A stretch of 42,397 nucleotides of DNA, taken from positions 1-42,397 of the IMG/VR virus record IMGVR_UViG_3300017777_001411. The stretch is one strand, 5' to 3'. Positions 35,362-42,397 of the stretch are shown here, one piece after another. Every line of letters starts with the position of its first letter. Position 1 is the stretch's first letter. Under the pieces are notes generated by a model. That model did no database searches and was not told the DNA's origin. It saw only the letters and a list, made by a program, of their open reading frames with translations. Origin of the DNA: a virus (lineage: Duplodnaviria > Caudoviricetes). The position numbers were made by a program, and so were the translations under genes.

Positions 35362-35738
35362 ACGTCCGCAGCCGACAGGCTGGACCCAGTCAAATCGGCA
35401 TCCCGCCGACCCCACTACCCGCCCACCCCCCAAAAAATCAATCACCACCCTATCGCGCTATATACACTCTAATTTGCTCGTTACATCACTCGTTTTTAAA
35501 ATACCCCCACCCCCATATAAAAAACGCACGTAGCTAGTAAACTGCGTTTTGCAAAACACCCCCCATGCCTTTTCAAATTGCCAACCCCCCACCCCCTATA
35601 TTTTATTTTTTAAAATGGTGTGGTATATTTTGCATCGTCGAGAAAGCAGATGGTGCTGGCAGGGGACTTTGGTCAGTTCACCCCACACTGGAGCGAGTAT
35701 TGACAACTTATTTATCTGTCTCCCAGACAAGGCAGAAC

Positions 35739-36356
35739 ATGACGATTGAGATCCAACCTACGGAAGATGTGCCCGTCCCCAAAGATTTGGGCGATGAATT
35801 CGGCGCGTCTTTGCAGGATAATGCCCGTGTTGTTGCCAACACGGCTGCGCTCATGGCGGAACTTGGTATGCCCTTCGAGATGACGGAGGATGACGAAAAG
35901 TTAGCCCACGACTTATTTAAGCAAGTCGATGCCAAGAAGCACAAAACCTCCCAAGACCAGTACAACCCCTCAGTTCTATATCAAGGTAACGTAGCGTTAA
36001 AGCTGTCGGCCCTACTTACCGAGTATGACCAGCGTGTAGTCTTAGATGCTACACAAGCACGAACCTATATAACTAATAGACTCCTTGAGATATCCTCCTG
36101 TGGTGACGCTAGGTATGAACTTAAAGCAATTGAACTCTTTGGCAAACTCTCAGATGTCGGTGCATTCGCAGAGAAGTCCGAAGTTATCATCACTCATCGC
36201 ACCTCCGAAGACCTCAAAACCGCAATTGCAGACAAAATCAACCGTCTGCTGGCTGCTCAAGCGGCAAATACTATCGATATAACCCCCGAATACGACACTT
36301 TAGAGGCTGAATTAGGGCTTATTGAGGCTCCAAAACTGGAGGAAGAGCCAGAATGA
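35739..36356 (+). CDS. terS: putative terminase small subunit
   Basis: Directly upstream of and overlapping TerL; LKAIELFGK..VGAFAEK C-terminal pattern; likely start ATG 35739. Confidence 0.6.
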   Translation: MTIEIQPTEDVPVPKDLGDEFGASLQDNARVVANTAALMAELGMPFEMTEDDEKLAHDLFKQVDAKKHKTSQDQYNPSVLYQGNVALKLSALLTEYDQRVVLDATQARTYITNRLLEISSCGDARYELKAIELFGKLSDVGAFAEKSEVIITHRTSEDLKTAIADKINRLLAAQAANTIDITPEYDTLEAELGLIEAPKLEEEPE

Positions 36357-37864
36357 ACCCCCAAGAGCTGCAAAATCTCTTGAAAATGCTTCCAAATCTA
36401 CCTGAAGCACAGCTCCGTGACCTCTACGCCTCCCTAGAAGAGCATGAAGTAATACAGAAAAGAGAAAATGCAGCTAATAACTTCATGGATTTTGTCCATA
36501 AAGTGTGGCCTAACTTCATAAATGGAGCGCATCATGGCAGGATGGCGAAAGCGTTCGAGAGAGTGGCAAGGGGTGAGTGTAAGCGGCTTATTATCAATAT
36601 GCCTCCTCGTCATACTAAGTCCGAGTTTGCTTCTTATCTACTACCTGCTTGGTTTCTGGGCAATTTCCCGCACAAAAAGGTCATTCAGACCTCCCATACA
36701 GCTGAATTAGCGGTTGGTTTCGGTCGAAAAGTGCGAAATCTGGTCGATTCCGAGGTATTTCACGAGATTTTTCCGGATGTAAGCCTACGAGCCGACTCCC
36801 AAGCAGCAGGTCGATGGAACACATCAGCAGGTGGTGACTACTTTGCTATTGGTGTGGGTGGTGCGGTGACCGGTAAGGGTGCCGACATACTAATAATAGA
36901 TGACCCACACTCAGAACAAGAAGCGGCGCTGGCCGAGATAAACCCAGAGATATACGACAAGACCTACGAGTGGTACACATCAGGTCCACGACAGCGACTC
37001 CAGCCGGGTGGCTCTATTATTATAGTAATGACTCGATGGTCTAAGAAAGATCTAACGGGCCAAGTGGTAAAAGCCGCGTCGCAGCGGGGGGGAGACGACT
37101 GGGAGGTTATTGAGTTCCCTGCAATCCTACCAAGTGGGAATTCTTTGTGGCCCCAGTTCTGGTCTTTGAAGGAACTTCAGGCGCTAAAGGAAGAACTGCC
37201 CAACCAGAAGTGGATGGCGCAGTATATGCAGAACCCCACCTCTGAGCAGTCTGCGATTGTGAAGCGGGAGTGGTGGCAGATATGGGAAGAAGAGTCTCCA
37301 CCGGAGTGCGAGTTTGTTCTACAGTCTTGGGATACGGCGTTTGAGAAAAACAACCGCGCCGACTACAGTGCATGTACGACATGGGGGGTGTTTTACCAGC
37401 CGGATGACACTGGGATTTCACAAGCTAATATTATCCTACTCAATGCGTTCCGAGACCGACTGGAGTTCCCATCCCTAAAGAAGAAGGCAATTGAGGAATT
37501 TCGGGAGTGGGAGCCGGACTCGATTATCATTGAGAAAAAGGCTACCGGTGCGCCTCTTATATATGAGATGAGGGCGATGGGGATTCCGGTGCAGGAGTTT
37601 ACTCCGGGTAAAGGTAATGACAAGATTTCAAGATTGAATGCGGTTGCTGATCTGTTTGCATCTAAACGGGTTTGGATACCCAACACACAATGGGCAGAGG
37701 AAGTTGTAGATGAGGTGGCGTCTTTCCCCGGCGGAGAGCATGACGACTATGTTGACTCTGTGTCCCTTGCAATGATGCGTTTTAGACGAGGTGGCTACAT
37801 CCGTACAGACTTGGATGAGCCTGAAGAAGTTAAAGAGTTCAGACGGCAGCGTCCGTACTACTGA
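36353..37864 (+). CDS. terL: terminase large subunit
   Basis: INMPPRHTKS Walker A variant, IIDDP Walker B, MTRW, nuclease SWDTA and HDDYVDS. Confidence 0.95.
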   Translation: MNPQELQNLLKMLPNLPEAQLRDLYASLEEHEVIQKRENAANNFMDFVHKVWPNFINGAHHGRMAKAFERVARGECKRLIINMPPRHTKSEFASYLLPAWFLGNFPHKKVIQTSHTAELAVGFGRKVRNLVDSEVFHEIFPDVSLRADSQAAGRWNTSAGGDYFAIGVGGAVTGKGADILIIDDPHSEQEAALAEINPEIYDKTYEWYTSGPRQRLQPGGSIIIVMTRWSKKDLTGQVVKAASQRGGDDWEVIEFPAILPSGNSLWPQFWSLKELQALKEELPNQKWMAQYMQNPTSEQSAIVKREWWQIWEEESPPECEFVLQSWDTAFEKNNRADYSACTTWGVFYQPDDTGISQANIILLNAFRDRLEFPSLKKKAIEEFREWEPDSIIIEKKATGAPLIYEMRAMGIPVQEFTPGKGNDKISRLNAVADLFASKRVWIPNTQWAEEVVDEVASFPGGEHDDYVDSVSLAMMRFRRGGYIRTDLDEPEEVKEFRRQRPYY

Positions 37865-37872
37865 GGGCTGAT

Positions 37873-38112
37873 ATGACTATTTTTGAGACTATTAAGTTCT
37901 GGTGGCGGATTAAGAGAGCCAACCGTAAACTGCTCAAGCAAGTAAAAGAGGCTGACAAAACGCCCTATACAACAACACCCGAAGACGTTGAGAATTGGAT
38001 TAAAAACAACCCATTTGGCGTAACGCGAGAGGATTTGAACGTGAGTCATATGATGCAAGTGACAGCCCCGTCTGTTACAACCTTTAAGGAATTTGAACAT
38101 GGCAATCGATAA
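37873..38112 (+). CDS. small hypothetical protein between terL and portal
   Basis: 79 aa with GAGG RBS; fills the gap. Confidence 0.6.
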   Translation: MTIFETIKFWWRIKRANRKLLKQVKEADKTPYTTTPEDVENWIKNNPFGVTREDLNVSHMMQVTAPSVTTFKEFEHGNR

Positions 38113-40600
38113 AGCATTGAATCAAGCCCCGCTGGGCTTAGGTGTGGCTGGGGCTATGCAGCCCGAGACTATGGAGCCGGATCTGGAGATTGAGATTGAA
38201 GACCCAGAGTCAGTAACTATTGGTATGGGTGGCTTAGAGATTGAGATCGAGCCGGGTGAAGACGAGGACGACGAGTTCAACGAGAACCTTGCCGAGAAGA
38301 TTAGTGAAGATGCTTTGGAATCGCTTGCGTCTGAACTTACCGCTGACTATGAAGATGACATAGCTAGTCGCAAAGACTGGATGCAGACTTATGTAGACGG
38401 CCTTGAACTGCTGGGTATGAAGCTAGAAGAGCGAAGCGAGCCTTGGGAGGGTGCCTGTGGCGTGTACCACCCACTCTTGGCGGAAGCCCTTGTAAAGTTC
38501 CAATCCGAGACCATCATGGCAACTTTCCCAGCCGCTGGTCCGGTTAAAACGCAGATCATTGGCAAAGAAACTCCAGAGAAGAAAAAATCTGCCGAACGTG
38601 TTCAACATGATATGAATTATCAGCTTACCGAAGTGATGACTGAGTATCGTGGTGAGCACGAGCGCATGTTGTGGGGCTTGGGTCTGTCTGGCAATGCGTT
38701 TAAGAAAGTGTATTTTGACCCGTCACTGGATCGTCAAGCGTCTATTTTTGTCCCTGCCGAAGATGTCGTCGTGCCCTATGGTGCGAGCAATTTACAGACT
38801 TCTCCGCGTGTAACCCATGTGATGCGTAAGACCGAGAATGAGCTGAAAAAGCTCATGGTAGCTGGGTTCTATCGTGACGTGGATATGGGGGAACCAGTTA
38901 ACTCGTTAGATGATGTAGAGAAGAAAATTGCCGAGAAGATGGGTTTTCGCGCTACGTCTGATGATCGCTACAGGCTCTTGGAGATGCAGGTTGATTTAGA
39001 CCTAGAAGGGTATGAAGATCCGGATGGCATTGCATTACCTTACATTGTCACTATCGAGAAGGGCACCGGCACAGTACTAGCTATTCGTCGAAACTACGAG
39101 CCAGATGACGAGACTAAACAGAAGCGCACTCACTTCGTCCACTACGGCTATATCCCCGGCTTTGGCTTCTACTACTTTGGCTTGATCCATTTGATTGGCG
39201 CGTATGCTAAGTCAGGTACTTCTATCTTAAGACAACTCGTAGATGCGGGCACGCTTGCCAATTTGCCGGGTGGTCTGAAGACTAAAGGTATGCGTACTAA
39301 AGGAGACGATACACCTATTTCCCCGGGTGAGTTCCGTGACGTAGATGTGGCGTCTGGCACCATACGCGACAACATAATGATGCTGCCATACAAGGAACCA
39401 AGCCAAGTACTGGCTGGTTTGATGGATAAGATAGTAGACGAGGGAAGACGATTTGCTGCCGCTGCGGATCTCCAAGTTTCCGATATGTCTGCTCAAGCAC
39501 CAGTAGGCACAACCTTGGCGTTGTTAGAGCGGCAGTTAAAAGTTATGTCTGCTGTTCAGGCTCGCATCCACTTTGCGATGAAACAAGAGTTCAAGCTCTT
39601 AAAGAACATCATCGCTGCCTATGCTCCAGAAGAGTACAGCTACGATCCAGCTGATGGCGACCGCATGGTTCGCCGTAAAGACTACGACAATGTGGATGTG
39701 ATTCCAGTTAGCGATCCAAATGCTGCAACCATGTCGCAGAAGGTTGTGCAGTATCAGGCTGTAATGCAGATGGCACAAGCAACACCACAAATCTATGACA
39801 TGGTCGAGTTGAATAAACAGATGCTTGAAGTTTTAGGTATCAAGAATATTCATAAACTTGTCCCCGGCGCAGAAGATCAGAAACCAAAAGATCCTGTGGC
39901 CGAGAACATGGCGATTATTAATATGAAGCCGGTTAAAGCGTTCGCGCATCAAGACCACGAAGCTCATATCCAAGTGCATATGTCCGCTATGCAAGACCCC
40001 AAGATTGCACAGATTGTGGGCCAAAACCCTCAAGCACAAGCAATGATGGCCGCAGGTATGGCGCATATTAACGAGCATGTTGCCTTCCAATATCGCAAGC
40101 AAATTGAAGAGACGCTTGGTGTACCTCTGCCGCAAACTAAAGATGATGAAACCATACCGCAGGATATTGAAAATCAAATTGCCAGCATGATGGCTATGGC
40201 GTCTGTTAAGTTGTCCCAGAAGAACCAAGCCGAAGCTACACAACAGAAAGCACAAGAAGCTGCACAAGATCCTATTGTTCAAATGCAGATGAAAGAACTG
40301 GAGCTTAAAGCGAAAGAAGTTGGCATTAAAGAGAAGAAACTGGAGATTGACGCTGCCACACAGGAAGAAAAACTCCGCATTGAGCATGAACGCATCAACG
40401 CACAGAAAGAAATTGCAGGGCTTCAGGTTGGCGCAAAAACTACCCACTCTAAGAATGAACTTGAGTCTCGTATGCAGGCCGACGGTGTAAGGCTTGGTAT
40501 GCAAGCAACCAAGGATCGTATGGAGTTAGATTCTAAGCAGGAACTAGAGAAGATGCGAATCCGTGCAAGTATGGCAAAACAAAAGCCTAATAAGGAGTAA
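38099..40600 (+). CDS. portal protein (P22-like, long C-terminal coiled coil)
   Basis: Follows terL; HPLLAEA, GNAFKKVYFD, FYYFGL, VGTTLALLE; Gln-rich helical tail; ATG at 38099. Confidence 0.85.
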   Translation: MAIDKALNQAPLGLGVAGAMQPETMEPDLEIEIEDPESVTIGMGGLEIEIEPGEDEDDEFNENLAEKISEDALESLASELTADYEDDIASRKDWMQTYVDGLELLGMKLEERSEPWEGACGVYHPLLAEALVKFQSETIMATFPAAGPVKTQIIGKETPEKKKSAERVQHDMNYQLTEVMTEYRGEHERMLWGLGLSGNAFKKVYFDPSLDRQASIFVPAEDVVVPYGASNLQTSPRVTHVMRKTENELKKLMVAGFYRDVDMGEPVNSLDDVEKKIAEKMGFRATSDDRYRLLEMQVDLDLEGYEDPDGIALPYIVTIEKGTGTVLAIRRNYEPDDETKQKRTHFVHYGYIPGFGFYYFGLIHLIGAYAKSGTSILRQLVDAGTLANLPGGLKTKGMRTKGDDTPISPGEFRDVDVASGTIRDNIMMLPYKEPSQVLAGLMDKIVDEGRRFAAAADLQVSDMSAQAPVGTTLALLERQLKVMSAVQARIHFAMKQEFKLLKNIIAAYAPEEYSYDPADGDRMVRRKDYDNVDVIPVSDPNAATMSQKVVQYQAVMQMAQATPQIYDMVELNKQMLEVLGIKNIHKLVPGAEDQKPKDPVAENMAIINMKPVKAFAHQDHEAHIQVHMSAMQDPKIAQIVGQNPQAQAMMAAGMAHINEHVAFQYRKQIEETLGVPLPQTKDDETIPQDIENQIASMMAMASVKLSQKNQAEATQQKAQEAAQDPIVQMQMKELELKAKEVGIKEKKLEIDAATQEEKLRIEHERINAQKEIAGLQVGAKTTHSKNELESRMQADGVRLGMQATKDRMELDSKQELEKMRIRASMAKQKPNKE

Positions 40601-40603
40601 TCA

Positions 40604-40798
40604 GTGGACAAAGCACTGGAAATTATTCGCAATAAGATTAATGAAAAACAAGCGCAACTTGCTCACGCTGTGAGTGAGGGCGTTGCAAAAGATTACACAG
40701 AGTATCGTGCAATGTGCGGGGAGATTCGAGGTCTATCCATCGCAGAAGGGTTTCTATTAGACCTTGCAGACCAAATGGAGCGTAACGACGATGACTGA
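40604..40798 (+). CDS. small hypothetical head-module protein
   Basis: 64 aa with AGGAG RBS; DYTEYRAMCGEIRGL. Confidence 0.75.
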   Translation: MDKALEIIRNKINEKQAQLAHAVSEGVAKDYTEYRAMCGEIRGLSIAEGFLLDLADQMERNDDD

Positions 40799-41186
40799 TT
40801 CAATCATCATTGCAACAGAAGACGGTGAAGTACCGCAAACGGCAGAAGAAAAGGCTAAACAATTACCGCAACCTTCGGGGTATCACATTCTGGTGACATT
40901 GCCAGAAGCCGAAGAAAAGTTTGAAAGCGGCATTATTAAGTCAGATGAAACTCGTAGGTACGAGGAAGTATTAGCAACGGTATTTTTTGTTGTGGCTCTA
41001 GGCCCAGATTGCTACAAAGACGAAAAGCGTTTTCCAAACGGCCCGTGGTGTAAACCGGGGGATTTTGTTTTAGCTCGTCCTAATAGTGGTACACGCTTGA
41101 AGATTCATGGCAAAGAGTTTCGCATGATTAACGACGACACCGTTGAGGCTGTCGTGCAAGACCCACGCGGTATTAGCCGCGCATAA
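40791..41186 (+). CDS. groES: GroES-like co-chaperonin
   Basis: PSGYHILV, ESGII mobile loop, VVALGPD, KPGDFV and EFRMINDDTVEAVV; likely start ATG 40791. Confidence 0.85.
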   Translation: MTDSIIIATEDGEVPQTAEEKAKQLPQPSGYHILVTLPEAEEKFESGIIKSDETRRYEEVLATVFFVVALGPDCYKDEKRFPNGPWCKPGDFVLARPNSGTRLKIHGKEFRMINDDTVEAVVQDPRGISRA

Positions 41187-41196
41187 GGAGAAGTAA

Positions 41197-42150
41197 ATGA
41201 TGGAAAACACAGAATTTGAGTTCCCGGATGAAAAGGAACTAAAAGAAGGCGGTAAAGTTGAATCTAAACAAGACAGCTTAGACTTTGAAATTGAAGACGA
41301 CACCCCGCCAGAGGATCGTAATCGGGAGCCAATGCCCAAGGAACTTGTACAAGAACTTGAACAAGATGAACTTGAGGACTACTCCGAGAAGGTTAAAACC
41401 CGCCTAAAGCAGATGAAGAAGGTGTGGCACGACGAGCGTAGGGAGAAAGACCAAGCCTTGCGGGAGCGTCAGGCTGCGGAAGATCTGGCCAAGCGGATGC
41501 TTGATGAGAATAAAAAGCTCAAAACTAGACTTAGTGAAGGTGAGCGGTCTTATTTAGATACATATAAGAACGCTGCCGAATTAGAGCTAAATGTTGCCGA
41601 AAAAGCATATAAATCTGCTTATGAAGACGGTGACTCCGAGAGGTTGTTAGAAGCACAACGTAAGATTGCTGACGCTAACTATAAGTTACAAAAAGCAAAA
41701 GAATACGTTCCCTCTTTACAACCAGAAGAAAATGATGTACAACCTCAGCCAGAAGCCCAAGTGGCTCGCCCTGACCCAAGAGCTGTTGCGTGGCAAGAGC
41801 GCAATACATGGTTCGGTCAGGACGAGGAGATGACCAGTCTAGCACTTGGACTACACCAAAAACTGGTCAAACAGCACGGCGCTAGTTATCCATCCACCAA
41901 TGAATACTGGCAGAAGGTTGATGGCACTATGCGTCAACGCTTCCCGGACTATTTTCAAGATTCTCCGCAGTCGGATAAACCCGCCTCGCGCACAGATAAG
42001 CCGTCCACGGTAGTCGCCCCTGCGACCCGTAGCACTGGTTCCAAAAAAATCGTGCTTAAGCAATCGCAGTTGAGCATTGCCAAGCGTTTGGGTTTATCGC
42101 CTGAACAGTACGCTCGTGAAATTATGAAAATGGAGGCCAACAATGGCTGA
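41197..42150 (+). CDS. putative capsid scaffolding protein
   Basis: Acidic coiled coil, W..RNTWFG, C-terminal IAKRLGLSPEQYA; position downstream of portal/GroES. Confidence 0.7.
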   Translation: MMENTEFEFPDEKELKEGGKVESKQDSLDFEIEDDTPPEDRNREPMPKELVQELEQDELEDYSEKVKTRLKQMKKVWHDERREKDQALRERQAAEDLAKRMLDENKKLKTRLSEGERSYLDTYKNAAELELNVAEKAYKSAYEDGDSERLLEAQRKIADANYKLQKAKEYVPSLQPEENDVQPQPEAQVARPDPRAVAWQERNTWFGQDEEMTSLALGLHQKLVKQHGASYPSTNEYWQKVDGTMRQRFPDYFQDSPQSDKPASRTDKPSTVVAPATRSTGSKKIVLKQSQLSIAKRLGLSPEQYAREIMKMEANNG

Positions 42151-42397
42151 AAACAAACTTAGTCGTGAACTCGAAACCCGTACCGTGCAGGAACGCCCAA
42201 AGCAGTGGGCACCACCTGAGCTTTTGCCTGAACCAGACAAGCAACCCGGTTATGCGTACAGATGGATTCGTGTATCAACGTTGAACACTGCTGACCCACG
42301 CAACATTTCTGCAAAACTGCGGGAAGGCTGGGAGCCTGTCACGTTGGCCGAACAACCAAAATTTCAACTGCTAGCTGATCCCAATAGTCGCTTTAAG
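42143..42397 (+). CDS. head-module protein, partial (runs off the window)
   Basis: ATG 42143 behind GGAGG; MAENKLSRELETR...PGYAYRWIRVS...LREGWEPV with no stop before the end. Confidence 0.75.
   Translation, partial: MAENKLSRELETRTVQERPKQWAPPELLPEPDKQPGYAYRWIRVSTLNTADPRNISAKLREGWEPVTLAEQPKFQLLADPNSRFK

Noticed and set aside
35371-35399. GCCGACAGGCTGGACCCAGTCAAATCGGC as a motif copy after the last terminator
   Set aside because: Too degenerate in core and spacing to count, although its position fits the periodicity.
35565-35738. N-terminal extension of the TerS candidate
   Set aside because: It runs through the C-run tract and a possible extended -10 (TGGTATATT, 35621-35629); ATG 35739 is more plausible.

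Overview
About 42 kb of a tailed dsDNA bacteriophage genome with podovirus-like architecture. The window opens in the tail/ejection-protein genes and ends just after the scaffold gene. No major capsid, lysis, integrase, RNA polymerase, tRNA or CRISPR genes are recognisable. + strand 1-13647: end of a tail/head-closure gene, two GNAT-like genes and four candidate internal (ejection) proteins, including a 2521-aa protein with two HExxH motifs. - strand 13730-26206: replication module with primase-helicase, HTH protein, SSB-like protein, SNF2 helicase, HNH, PD-(D/E)XK exonuclease, family A DNA polymerase and VRR-NUC. - strand 26381-32789: early operon with an AAA+ ATPase, a metallopeptidase-vWA protein, small membrane peptides and two C4 zinc-finger miniproteins. 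32865-33573: divergent sigma70 promoters around an iteron-like repeat region. + strand 33838-35318: two paralogous genes, each with conserved upstream elements and its own terminator. + strand 35739-42397: TerS candidate, TerL, portal, GroES, scaffold. The most notable unexplained signal is a 27-bp interrupted palindrome, GAC-N3-CTGAC-N5-GTCAG-N3-GTC. It occurs 8 times at 0.8-1.6 kb intervals, found by eye only across the early region, including inside coding sequences, over an RBS and inside a terminator. All calls come from reading motifs by eye; no database searches were run.
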